A stretch of 64,000 nt of DNA, taken from NCBI GenBank assembly GCA_020060105.1, contig JAGVAV010000023.1, positions 14,905 to 78,904 on the forward strand. Direction: 5' to 3'. Under the pieces are notes generated by a model. The model was not told the DNA's origin. It saw only the letters and a program-made list of their open reading frames with translations, and searched no databases. Shown here one piece after another: positions 37,625 through 47,036 of the stretch. Positions within the stretch are counted from its first letter, which is position 1; each line of letters begins with the position of its first letter. The position numbers were made by a program, and so were the translations under genes. This DNA is from Candidatus Woesebacteria bacterium (lineage in GTDB: Bacteria; Patescibacteriota; Microgenomatia; Woykebacterales; 2-01-FULL-43-14).

Positions 37625-38077
37625 ATGGGAAAAACTACCCTTATCAATCTAACATTATTGCTTCTTGCCGCAGCAGCTGGTTATTTCATTTTTATCTCTG
37701 TCAATCAGTCTTCCTCCTGCACTGTTGAAAATGCTAAACCCCCTGATCCTCAAACTGCCACAAATCAGCAAGCAGAAAAGTATGCTAAATGTAAACCCCT
37801 GACCGCCCTTCTTCGAAAGGAAGCCACAAACTCTCAAGTATCCTCTCTAACCGAAAAACTAGAAAACATTTCAGGCGTTTATCTGGTTAAATATGTTCCC
37901 CAAGAAGAAGCCTTAAATACTTTTAAAGAGCGTGGCCAATTTGATCCCTCCCTTCTAAACCTATTTCCAAAGGAAACATTTCCCGCTTCAGTAGAAGTTT
38001 ATCTGAAAGACCCTTCTCTAAAAAAGGAAGTTATGGAATTCCTAAAAGAGCAGCCGCTTGTGGAAAAAGTGATTTGA
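37625..38077 (+). CDS. Membrane-anchored FtsX extracellular-domain-like protein
   Basis: TM, then ISGVYLVKYVPQEEALNTFK..FPASVEVYLKDP; ATG at 37625. Confidence 0.65.
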   Translation: MGKTTLINLTLLLLAAAAGYFIFISVNQSSSCTVENAKPPDPQTATNQQAEKYAKCKPLTALLRKEATNSQVSSLTEKLENISGVYLVKYVPQEEALNTFKERGQFDPSLLNLFPKETFPASVEVYLKDPSLKKEVMEFLKEQPLVEKVI

Positions 38078-38103
38078 CAAATGCAAATTATTTGCATTAC
38101 AAT
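38074..38103 (+). promoter_or_regulatory. Promoter with Fur/Zur box in the spacer
   Basis: TTGACA-18-TACAAT enclosing a perfect 9-1-9 palindrome AATGCAAAT-T-ATTTGCATT. Confidence 0.8.
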
Positions 38104-38130
38104 AAGGTTGCTTGACAAGAAAGAGTGGTT

Positions 38131-38541
38131 ATGATCAAAAACCAGACAGATTTAAAAAAGGTAGGTCTGAAAGAAACCAAAGGAAGAAACGAAGTCCTGA
38201 AATTACTTCAAACCGAAAGAACGCCGGTTGACGTTGCCCTCATCTCCGCCCATTTAAAAAAGAGCCGCCTCTTCCTAAACTGCGCGACTATTTATCGAAT
38301 CTTGAGGGTATTTTGTCAGAAAGGAATCGCCAAAAGGATCGAATTTCAGGAAGGCAAATTTCGCTACGAACTAAATCGAGACGATCATCACCATCTTATC
38401 TGTGAAGGTTGTGGAAAGATTGAAGATATTTCCTACTGTCCTCTGACCCAAATGGAAAATCAAATTAAACATGATAAAAACTTTATTATCAAAAGACACG
38501 CCTTTGAAATTTTTGGAGTGTGTAAACAATGTCAATCTTAG
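38131..38541 (+). CDS. Fur-family regulator (probably Zur)
   Basis: ATIYRIL; HHHLICEGCG; C-terminal CKQC; adjacent to a ZIP gene. Confidence 0.9.
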   Translation: MIKNQTDLKKVGLKETKGRNEVLKLLQTERTPVDVALISAHLKKSRLFLNCATIYRILRVFCQKGIAKRIEFQEGKFRYELNRDDHHHLICEGCGKIEDISYCPLTQMENQIKHDKNFIIKRHAFEIFGVCKQCQS

Positions 38542-39287
38542 CTTACATTTTACTTTTTACCCTCTTAAGCAGCGTTCTTTCCCTAATCGGAGGATTGGTT
38601 CTTCTCTTTAAAGAAAAGTTCGCCCTTAAGTTTGCCCACCTCTTGCTCTCTTTGGCCGCGGGTATTCTTTTGGGAACCGCCTTTCTGGATCTGCTCCCGG
38701 AAGCGGCCGAGGAAGCGCCAGGGAGAGAGATCTTCCTCTGGGCGCTAATCGGAATCCTGGTTTTCTTTTCCCTTGAACGATTTGTCCACTGGTTTCACCA
38801 TCATGACGAATGTGACGAGTGTCCTAAAGGAGAAGCGAGACCCCTTGTACCGCTGATTATCCTAGGGGATAGTGTTCACAACTTTATTGATGGGATGGTC
38901 ATCGCCGCCACCTTTCTCGTCAGCGTCCCTTTGGGAATCGTGACTTCAATTGCCGTAGCCGCTCACGAGATTCCTCAAGAAATCGGCGACTTTGCCATCT
39001 TGCGCCATCAAGGCCTAACCCGAAAAAAGGTCATTCTGGTTAACCTTTTCAGCGCGCTAACCGCCTTGGCGGGAGCGGTTCTCATCTTTCTTTTAGGAGC
39101 GGTCATCGGCGGTTTCTTACCGGCCCTTCTAGCCCTAACCGCCGGGTTCTTCATCTACATTTCCGCCTCGGACCTCATTCCCGAAATTCACCGTCACGGA
39201 AACGGGCGAAAAATTGCTTTCCTGGAAAGCTTCGTCCTTCTGGCCGGGGTAATGATCGTCTGGGTTTCCATTTCTCTTTTAGAGTAA
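38529..39287 (+). CDS. ZIP family zinc transporter
   Basis: DSVHNFIDG; AHEIPQEIGDF; His-rich loop. Confidence 0.9.
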   Translation: MSILAYILLFTLLSSVLSLIGGLVLLFKEKFALKFAHLLLSLAAGILLGTAFLDLLPEAAEEAPGREIFLWALIGILVFFSLERFVHWFHHHDECDECPKGEARPLVPLIILGDSVHNFIDGMVIAATFLVSVPLGIVTSIAVAAHEIPQEIGDFAILRHQGLTRKKVILVNLFSALTALAGAVLIFLLGAVIGGFLPALLALTAGFFIYISASDLIPEIHRHGNGRKIAFLESFVLLAGVMIVWVSISLLE

Positions 39288-39299
39288 TAATTACCATTA

Positions 39300-39481
39300 A
39301 TGGTAAGGGGGTTGAGAAAGTTTAAGTGTGAAAACTGCCAATACGAGTGGGAAGTTCCCTTTGGCACGGGAAGGCGAGGTTTGGAAATGTCTTGCCCAAG
39401 TGCCAGGCGAAAATGATCCGCCGAATTGATTGCCAAAGTCATGGCTTTGGCCGGTAACCTTGGGGATACCACGAAAGCTGA
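39300..39481 (+). pseudogene. Small zinc-ribbon protein pseudogene
   Basis: MVRGLRKFKCENCQYEWEVPFGTG..SCP, frameshift, KCQAK..HGFGR*PWG. Confidence 0.5.
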
Positions 39482-39490
39482 CAGACGAGG

Positions 39491-40336
39491 TTAACTTAAC
39501 CGCAGCTCTCTTAACCTCGCCACTCTGTCTTTAACCGGCGGGTGAGTGCTAAAAAGACTCATCAGACCTGCGCCATTGAGTGGGTTAGAGATATACAGAT
39601 GAGCCGTGGCCGCGTTTGCGTGAGCCAAAGGAACTCGGCTGGAAGCAGCTTCAATTTTTTGCAAAGCCTGAGACAAACCATCCTTATCCCGGGCAAAGCT
39701 TGCTCCGGAAGCGTCGGCTTGGTATTCCCGCGATCGAGAAACCGCCGCTTGAACCAGCAAAGCGGCAATTGGGGCAAGTATGGCTAAAGCCAACGTCCCG
39801 ACCGGGCTTCCCCCCTCATTTTCATCACTGTGACTGCCAAAAATCGCTCCCCATTGGGCGATCTGAGCCGCGTAAGTAATCACCCCGGCCATCATCGCGG
39901 CAACGGAACTGATCAAAATATCCCGATTGGCAATATGCGCAATCTCGTGAGCCAAAACCCCCCGAAGCTCGTTTTTATCCACTAGATTAACCAAGCCTTG
40001 CGTCACCGCCACCAGAGCGTGGCTGGGACTTCGGCCAGTGGCAAAAGCGTTGGGTTGGGCATCATTAGTCATGTAAATCTTGGGCGATGGTACTTTGGCC
40101 CGTCTGGCCAACTCTTCCACCATCTCATAAATTTCCGGAACTTGGCTTCTGGAAACTGGTTTGGCGCCGGTCATCCGAACGACCATTTTGTCCGAGAACC
40201 AAAAACTAAAAAAGTTCATTCCTAAAGAGATGGCCAACATTACCAGCATCCCGGCGTTCCCACCGATCATCCGCCCTATAAAGACCATCAGAACGGTCAA
40301 CAAACCCAGCAAAAGAAAAGTCTTTAAAATATTCAT
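39491..40336 (-). CDS. htpX: Zinc metalloprotease HtpX (M48)
   Basis: PNAFATG; AHEIAH; SRSREYQAD; FSTHPP. Confidence 0.92.
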   Translation of the reverse strand: MNILKTFLLLGLLTVLMVFIGRMIGGNAGMLVMLAISLGMNFFSFWFSDKMVVRMTGAKPVSRSQVPEIYEMVEELARRAKVPSPKIYMTNDAQPNAFATGRSPSHALVAVTQGLVNLVDKNELRGVLAHEIAHIANRDILISSVAAMMAGVITYAAQIAQWGAIFGSHSDENEGGSPVGTLALAILAPIAALLVQAAVSRSREYQADASGASFARDKDGLSQALQKIEAASSRVPLAHANAATAHLYISNPLNGAGLMSLFSTHPPVKDRVARLRELRLS

Positions 40337-40497
40337 CCAAACTAACCTCCATTTAGGTTATTATACACTAAAACTCAAAGATGCAACCGACTTATCAGAA
40401 AATTAACCCCCTCCCAGCGCCTTTGTTTTATCCTTTTGGCTTGTCTTGATTATTAAGTAAGATTAATGAATTCTTTAATCCTTAATCAGTCTAATAG

Positions 40498-40550
40498 CTG
40501 GCCCCGACTTGTTCCGATTTAATCGGGATTGGATCGGGACTGGCGGATTG
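40498..40550. repeat. REP-like element
   Basis: GCCCCGACTTG..CCGATT-T-AATCGG..GATCGGGACTGGCGGAT. Confidence 0.5.
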
Positions 40551-40638
40551 CTAATTTATATTCTTGAGTTTTAATATTACCGGTGGGTCATGGCCTAAAG
40601 GGGTTGCCGTCTAAACAATGTTCCGATATAATGCCCTT

Positions 40639-41259
40639 ATGAAGCAGAAAAAGAAACTAAATCGGGATCTGGAATTTCTTTATGAGATCGGCTGTTTGCG
40701 TTTTCTCAGGCGCAACTGGCAAAGATTTTTAAACCCGGATTTTGCCAACCTGGCTGAACATCCGTTTCGGGTCGCCTGGCTTTCTCTGATCCTGGCGAAA
40801 ATGGAAGGAGTAAAAAATACCGATAAGATCCTGAAGATGGCCTTGGTACACGACGTCGGGGAAAGCCGAGCCGGAGACGTAGATTACCTGCAGCGCCAGT
40901 ATGTTAAGCGTCACGAAAAAATGGGAATCGAAGATATCTTCCGCCAAACTTCCCTCGAAGAAGAGCTTCCCGTACTGTGGGAGGAATGTGAAAACCCAAC
41001 CTCTCTAGAAGCGAAAATCGTTAAAGACGCCGATAATCTCGATGTCGACCTGGAGTTAAAAGAGCAGGAAGAGAGAGGCTTTTCCATTCGCCAAAAGTTA
41101 CAAGACATACGTCGTCACGTAGCCAAAGAAAAACTTTACACCCAGTCAGCAAAAATTCTCTGGGAAGAAATCCAGGAGTCCGACCCTCACGATTGGCATT
41201 TCCGCGCCCGAAACCGCTTCAACAGCGGAGATTGGAAAAAATCAGAAGAAACTTCTTAA
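40639..41259 (+). CDS. HD-domain hydrolase (YfbR/5'-deoxynucleotidase-like)
   Basis: NLAEH.FRV; MALVHDVGE..GD; EAKIVKDADNLD. Confidence 0.85.
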   Translation: MKQKKKLNRDLEFLYEIGCLRFLRRNWQRFLNPDFANLAEHPFRVAWLSLILAKMEGVKNTDKILKMALVHDVGESRAGDVDYLQRQYVKRHEKMGIEDIFRQTSLEEELPVLWEECENPTSLEAKIVKDADNLDVDLELKEQEERGFSIRQKLQDIRRHVAKEKLYTQSAKILWEEIQESDPHDWHFRARNRFNSGDWKKSEETS

Positions 41260-41818
41260 TAATCTTTACCACCAGCAATCAAGGTAAATTTGAAGAAGCC
41301 AAAGCCTTTATTCCCGAACTTCAACAACTGAAAGTCCCTCTACCGGAAATTCAGGAAACAGACGCCAAAAAGATTCTTACGGCCAAGATAAAAGAAGCCT
41401 TTAAATATTCTCAAGAAAGACTTGTGGTTGAAGATACCTCTCTTTACCTGGAGTGTTTAAAAGGCCTACCCGGACCACTGATCAAATGGTTCCTTCAAAC
41501 TCTGGGAACCAAGGGCTTGGCGGAGATCGCAGAAAAATTAGGCAATAGAAAGGCCCGAGCCGTAACCGTCCTAGGTTACGCTGACAATCCCGCAAATATT
41601 AGTTTTTTGAAGGCGGGATCAGCGGAGAAGTGGTTCAAGATAGGGGAGGTGGCGGCTTTGGTTGGGACCCTATCTTTCTGCCGGAAGGCCGTGATCAAAC
41701 CTTCGCCCAAATGGGCCCGGAAGAGAAGAACAAAATCGGCATGAGAAAAAAGGCTTTTGAAAAACTAGCCGTTTTTCTTGACAATCAACACTTAAGGTGT
41801 GATAATTCTCTCAAATGA
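41236..41818 (+). pseudogene. RdgB/HAM1 NTP pyrophosphatase, frameshifted and without a clear start
   Basis: TTSNQGKFEE; EIQE; VEDTSLYL..LPGPLIKWF; -1 shift at T6 (41603-41608) to GFGWDPIF..TFAQM..KN. Confidence 0.75.
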
Positions 41819-42462
41819 AGTTGCCAATCAGCTTTACTACCGTCACTAAAACTTCAAAAATACTTGCTCTCACTCTTTTTATCACCTTGCCTCTTTTAGG
41901 TTTTTACCTCGGCACCCGCTACCAAGAAACTATAACCCCTAAACAAGCCGATAATACCAGCGTCAATAAACCAGCCTCTAAAACCGACGGTCCAAGCGAT
42001 TTGAAATCTCAGTTAAATCCCTATTCCACCGCACAATATTCTTTTCAATACCCCAAAGGTTGGGTTATTTCAGAAGAAAAAGAGAATTCACTTATTTTAA
42101 AGAAAACCGACAAGGCAAATATTGAGGGCACTTTACAAGACGCGGAAGTAACCATATCTTTTTCCAAAGAAAAAGTCTCACCAGAGCTGACTTTAGGTCA
42201 GTGGTTTGAAAACGAGTATAAAGCTAACTCGGCATTTGACGTAATAAGTAATTTAAAAAAGGAAACCACGCTCGGGGGAATAAAAGCAATCGAAGTCTTT
42301 GAACCTGGAGCGGCCGGGTATATAGATCAAGGTGTTATGGCGATTCATCAAGGAAATGGTTATAAGATCATGATCAGAGGCATAGAAATAGCTGGGAGCC
42401 TCAAAGATTACCGGTCAATTATAGAAAGTTTTAAATTTCCGACCATACCAACCCTAAAATAA
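41815..42462 (+). CDS. Membrane-anchored secreted protein (PsbP-like)
   Basis: N-terminal TM; YSFQYPKGW; IIESFKF. Confidence 0.65.
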   Translation: MKLPISFTTVTKTSKILALTLFITLPLLGFYLGTRYQETITPKQADNTSVNKPASKTDGPSDLKSQLNPYSTAQYSFQYPKGWVISEEKENSLILKKTDKANIEGTLQDAEVTISFSKEKVSPELTLGQWFENEYKANSAFDVISNLKKETTLGGIKAIEVFEPGAAGYIDQGVMAIHQGNGYKIMIRGIEIAGSLKDYRSIIESFKFPTIPTLK

Positions 42463-42463
42463 T

Positions 42464-42979
42464 TGTGGCTACAGGCAAATTTACTCAAGATGGAGTATCT
42501 CTTGATTATTTGTACACCTTGATGGAAGGAGAAATTAGTCAACTTAATTCGGGTCCGTATAGCTTCGAGTTTCTTGACAAAAACGGGGTGGTTTTGTATC
42601 AGAAAAATTTCAATTTGTTCCTCGCGCAGTAAAAATTGCTGTCAAAAAGAGTTTAAAGACCATCGGGAAAAAATTATTAGTCCAAACACACCTTCAGTAA
42701 GTATCAATATCCCGAACGGGAGAGACTTTAGGTAAAAGTGTAAGGGCCACTTGGTCTAGTAAAGACATTGATAACGACAAGCTTTCCTACTTAATCCAAT
42801 TTAGCCCAGATGGGGGTAAAAACTGGGAACCGGTTACAAGTCAAATACTTAACACAAGTTACAACTGGGAAACCAAAGGTCTTAGAAATGGAAGTGACTA
42901 TTTAATAAGGGTAATTGCAACCGATGGCTTTAACACAGGTGAAGATGTTTCAAACTCAACTTTTACCTTACAAAACTAA
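42464..42979 (+). pseudogene. Degraded remnant of a surface protein C-terminal Ig/FnIII-like domain
   Basis: Start-less fragments ..YSFEFLDKNG.. and ..TWSSKDIDND.LSY.IQFSPDGGKNW..LIRVIATDGFNTGEDVS..TFTLQN*. Confidence 0.6.
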
Positions 42980-42995
42980 GTCTCTAAATAGCTAA

Positions 42996-44240
42996 TCAAA
43001 GTTTCTCTTTCTTCTTACTCAACCAAATCAAAACTATCAGACCTAAAATGGGGATAAATAAATTAAGTAACGGCTTTAGGGAGTTGGCAAGACTAACTTC
43101 ATCAGCTTTTATAGCCTCGTCTGACTTATTAGTTTCCTCTTTTGATTTCTCTTTAGCGATAATCTCTTCGCCTTTCTGGCTAGAAGGGGCCGATAAGTCT
43201 TTCTCCTCTTGACTAATCGTAAAGGCATCTTTAAAATCCCCGCCAGCGGCTCGGACAAAAGAGTAGGTGAGAGAATCTTCCCTGATAGTAGCCTTTCCGA
43301 AACCCCAGGTCGGGTTGGCGTTAGCGCCCATCATTGCCGCGAAATAGGCGGCTTTTGGATCTTGACGGTCAACATTGTAAAGCCAGTAGCCTCCAGTCCC
43401 GACTGTTAGAAAAACCGTCCCGGCTCCTTTTACCAAGTCGTCGTCGGCATCTGCAACGCAGCGGCTGTTGTATGAAGAAGTTGAAAGCAGCGGACAGTCA
43501 GAAGGATTGGTCGAAAGCTGCTTCGTTCTCTGATAGGTATGATCGTGCGCCTGAAGAACCAAATCCACCTTTTTCTCCGCCAGTAAATTCATAAACTTCT
43601 CTCCAGCGTCACAACCTTTCTTTTCGCCGGTTTCTAGACAAACCAGGTGGTAACCCACCACGATCCATTCAATTCCTTGACTTCGAGCCTCATCAATCGC
43701 TTTACTTACCCATTGATAGTGGGAAGAACCTTCGGAATTATAATTCCAAAACCCGGAAGGGTAATTGCCAGAACCAGAACCAAAGGTTAAACCGGGCGAG
43801 ACCAAAATAAACCGGGCCATTGGCACAGCCAAGGGATAATCAAAGTAATATTCCCTCCCATAAAAGCCCTGAATGTTTCCAATCTTGTCAGGCAAACATT
43901 TGACAAAATTATCAATGTTATTTCCCTTTGGTTCATTGGCCTCATGATTCCCAGCTAAAATCTCGAAGGGAAAATCATCTCCAACGGATTGTTTAACTTT
44001 GTCGCACCAAGCTTCTTCCGGAGATAACTTGCCGTAGCTTAGATCCCCCAAAGCGAGATGAAAACTAGCCCCAGAATTTCGGGGATTCAAACTGGATAAA
44101 ACCGCTTGGGTCTGAAAAGTGTTGCCATAATCTCCGGCAAAGGTAAAAGAAAAAGAATCAGGTTCCGATTTAACTATCGGCGTTACTAAAAACCAAAAGA
44201 CGAAAGTGATCAAAAAAGTCAAAAAAAGCCACCTAATCAT
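42996..44240 (-). CDS. Secreted metallophosphoesterase (purple acid phosphatase-like) with C-terminal TM
   Basis: AGDYG; LGDLSY; GNHE; QAHDHTYQR. Confidence 0.85.
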   Translation of the reverse strand: MIRWLFLTFLITFVFWFLVTPIVKSEPDSFSFTFAGDYGNTFQTQAVLSSLNPRNSGASFHLALGDLSYGKLSPEEAWCDKVKQSVGDDFPFEILAGNHEANEPKGNNIDNFVKCLPDKIGNIQGFYGREYYFDYPLAVPMARFILVSPGLTFGSGSGNYPSGFWNYNSEGSSHYQWVSKAIDEARSQGIEWIVVGYHLVCLETGEKKGCDAGEKFMNLLAEKKVDLVLQAHDHTYQRTKQLSTNPSDCPLLSTSSYNSRCVADADDDLVKGAGTVFLTVGTGGYWLYNVDRQDPKAAYFAAMMGANANPTWGFGKATIREDSLTYSFVRAAGGDFKDAFTISQEEKDLSAPSSQKGEEIIAKEKSKEETNKSDEAIKADEVSLANSLKPLLNLFIPILGLIVLIWLSKKKEKL

Positions 44241-44343
44241 CAGTCAGATTATATAATTCTTCCGCTCGAAAAGCCATAAGGTCCTAAAATCAATTTTCTC
44301 TTGATTCTTTATTGCTTTCCCCTTTCTCTTTATCTAAATTAAA

Positions 44344-45282
44344 ATGGAAAATTCCGCTACTTTGGCCAACAACTATATGGAAAACCATCTTATCCACCAG
44401 CAAGCAAAAAACAAAAAGGCCCTCCTCTGGTCAGGAGTGCTTACCGGACTTTATTTTATCCTTGAATTAGCCGTCGGCCTCCTGATCGGCTCGGTAGCGG
44501 TTGTCTCAGACGCTTTGCACACTTTCTCGGCCGTGGGCGGAGTCTTAATTGCTTTAGCGGCCGCTCATTATGCCGCTAAGGCGCCTTCAAAAACGAGTAC
44601 TTTTGCTCTTTACCGGGTCGAAATTCTGGCCGCCTTTATTAACGGTCTTTTCCTTCTAGTTATGGCGTTAATCGTCATCTGGGTAGGCATCCAAAGGCTG
44701 CCAAATCCTCCGGATCTTCCCACCACCCCAATGCTCTTGATTGCCGTTGGAGGCCTAGTTACAGAATTTATTTCTCTTTACCTTCTTTATGAGGGACAAG
44801 GTCAAAACCTAAATGTCAGAGGCGCCTTTTGGCACGTCATCCAAACCTTTGTCGGAAGCTTGGGCATAATCGTTAGCGCTTTGGTCATCCGCTTTACCGG
44901 ATTTCTCGCCATTGATCCTCTTATCGGGATTCTCTTCGGCCTAATCTTAATCTGGGCCTCTTATCGGATCATCAGAGACTCCGCAAGAATTTTTTTGGAA
45001 ATGACTCCTGAGAATTTAGATCTGTTAAAAATCAAAACCGAGTTAGAAAAATTACCCAATGTTAAAAATTTACACATCCACGCCTGGACCCTCACCTCCG
45101 GCAAAAATCTTTTTACCGCTCATGTTCTGGTGAGAGATCTTAAGAAAACCCCTCAAACCCTTCAGGAAATTGACCGAATATTAAAAGAAAAATACGAGAT
45201 TTACTTCACCACTCTCCAAGTGGAGGAAACCCCAACCACTGAAGAACCAAGGGAAATTGAATTTCTTGATAAAGAGATTTAG
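44344..45282 (+). CDS. CDF family Zn/Co/Cd efflux transporter (CzcD-like)
   Basis: SDALH; NLNVRGAFWH; LHIHAWTLTSG. Confidence 0.9.
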   Translation: MENSATLANNYMENHLIHQQAKNKKALLWSGVLTGLYFILELAVGLLIGSVAVVSDALHTFSAVGGVLIALAAAHYAAKAPSKTSTFALYRVEILAAFINGLFLLVMALIVIWVGIQRLPNPPDLPTTPMLLIAVGGLVTEFISLYLLYEGQGQNLNVRGAFWHVIQTFVGSLGIIVSALVIRFTGFLAIDPLIGILFGLILIWASYRIIRDSARIFLEMTPENLDLLKIKTELEKLPNVKNLHIHAWTLTSGKNLFTAHVLVRDLKKTPQTLQEIDRILKEKYEIYFTTLQVEETPTTEEPREIEFLDKEI

Positions 45283-45294
45283 GATAAAATCTTT

Positions 45295-46101
45295 ATGCGT
45301 CAATCAAAGTCTCCTCAACCTATCGAAACCTTAAAAACCAAGGTCGCTCCCGTCGAAATCGCTGTTTCCTATCTTCAACACGAATTTCATAAACTTTTCT
45401 CCGGCCAAAAAAGCGAGTTCTACGCGAAAGTTGACAACTTGATCAGCAGTTTTCCTGCTACCTTGGGAGAAAAGCACTTTTGGTACTTAGTTTCCGGCAT
45501 CTCTGAAGCCTATAAGTTCAAATGGGTCCATCGAACTCTCACTAACACCCAGTTTTGCTGGTCTCTGGAAAAAGTGAGGTTGGACGATGTCACCATGACT
45601 GGAATGAGCCCTTACATGGATAAAGTCTTAAAACAAGCCCAATGGACTCCTTCAAAATTTGCCAGGATCTGGAAAAGGGGCAGGCGATACACAAAAGCCA
45701 AAGAGGCGGAAGGAATCAGGCCTTATTCTCAAAGGGATTATTTTCCAATCTTGCTTAGAGAAAGCGATCGTCAGTTGAAGGTTTTTGATGGAATGCGAAG
45801 AACTTGCGTCGCCGCTCTCCAAGAAAAGGCCGACGTTATCGCCTGGGTCGGAAGGATTTGCCGCTCTAAAGGCTTTTCCCTAATCAATCCGGATAAGGTC
45901 CTGGCCTTAAGAGTCCTTTACGATAATTCCCCAACGAAGGATCAAAAGCTGCTAAAGGCGATACAGGTCATCATGCGAAGATATCTGAAACAGTATCGAA
46001 ATGGCGAAGAAGTCGTCAAAAACGTCTTATCGGAGTGGGAGGAAGACCCAAACCTAGCTAAAGTCGTCAAGGATATCTTGAAATCATCTCCTCGCCGATA
46101 A
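45295..46101 (+). CDS. Hypothetical protein with ParB/Srx-like motif
   Basis: PILLR..LKVFDGMRR..A. Confidence 0.5.
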   Translation: MRQSKSPQPIETLKTKVAPVEIAVSYLQHEFHKLFSGQKSEFYAKVDNLISSFPATLGEKHFWYLVSGISEAYKFKWVHRTLTNTQFCWSLEKVRLDDVTMTGMSPYMDKVLKQAQWTPSKFARIWKRGRRYTKAKEAEGIRPYSQRDYFPILLRESDRQLKVFDGMRRTCVAALQEKADVIAWVGRICRSKGFSLINPDKVLALRVLYDNSPTKDQKLLKAIQVIMRRYLKQYRNGEEVVKNVLSEWEEDPNLAKVVKDILKSSPRR

Positions 46102-46130
46102 ACGACAAAACAAGATTTTTTAATTAGATT

Positions 46131-46865
46131 ATGGCCAGTAATGAATCTAGTCAAAGAAAAATTAAAATTGCCGCCTTGGGAGATCTTCACACTCAGCCCT
46201 CCACGGCTGGCTCATTTAGAACAGTCTTTCGTAACATCTCTGAAAAAGCCGACCTTTTAGTATTGGCCGGGGATCTTACAGATCGGGGCCGCAGACAAGA
46301 AGCCGAATCTTTAGTCGAGCAGCTTTCTTTTTGCACTATTCCCATTTTAGGCGTCTTAGGAAATCATGATTACGAAAATAATAAACAGGAAGAAATAAAG
46401 AAGGTTCTCGCTCCAAAAATCCACTTTCTTGAAGAAGAGCCGGCGGTTTTTGGCGAAGTCGGTTTTGCCGGAGTCAAGGGTTTTGGGGGTGGCTTTGCTC
46501 CATATATGCTTGAACCATTTGGTGAAAACACGCTAAAGCATTTTGTTTATCGGGCTTTTGAAGAGGCTTTAAAACTAGAAACTTCCTTAGCCAAATTAAC
46601 CACCAAGAAAAAAGTCGTTGTTCTTCACTACTTACCCATTCGCCAAACCGCGGTAGGAGAACCAGAAGAAATTTACCCCTTCTTGGGCTCTTCCCGGCTG
46701 GAAGAGTCAATCAATTTTTTCCACGTCTCGGCAGTTTTTCACGGCCACGCCCATTTTGGCAGCTTTGAAGGAAAAACCAGCCGAGGAACGCCAGTTTACA
46801 ATGCGGCAATGTCGCTTCGAAAAAAACAAAACCCAGACCAGCCTTACCTTTTGATCAACCTCTAA
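46131..46865 (+). CDS. Metallophosphoesterase
   Basis: GDLH; AGDLTD; GNHD; HGHAH. Confidence 0.9.
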   Translation: MASNESSQRKIKIAALGDLHTQPSTAGSFRTVFRNISEKADLLVLAGDLTDRGRRQEAESLVEQLSFCTIPILGVLGNHDYENNKQEEIKKVLAPKIHFLEEEPAVFGEVGFAGVKGFGGGFAPYMLEPFGENTLKHFVYRAFEEALKLETSLAKLTTKKKVVVLHYLPIRQTAVGEPEEIYPFLGSSRLEESINFFHVSAVFHGHAHFGSFEGKTSRGTPVYNAAMSLRKKQNPDQPYLLINL

Positions 46866-47036
46866 ACTTTTTAACTTTTTTTTAACCTAAAGTTATTATT
46901 TCTCCTTAATTTCATACTGTCCTCTCCCAGTAAACAAATCCTCAGTAGAATTGACAGCCACCTGTTCTAATGTTAAAATTCAGGCGGAACAAGCTAAACC
47001 CGGCTTGCGAATCTTTATAGAACAAGGGGGGTAAAA

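Noticed and set aside
9234-40336. Intact tLST/LHR heat-resistance island (ClpG, KefB-like, Trx, HtpX)
   Set aside because: The genes are dispersed over 30 kb in unrelated contexts; hsp20, yfdX and degP were not seen.
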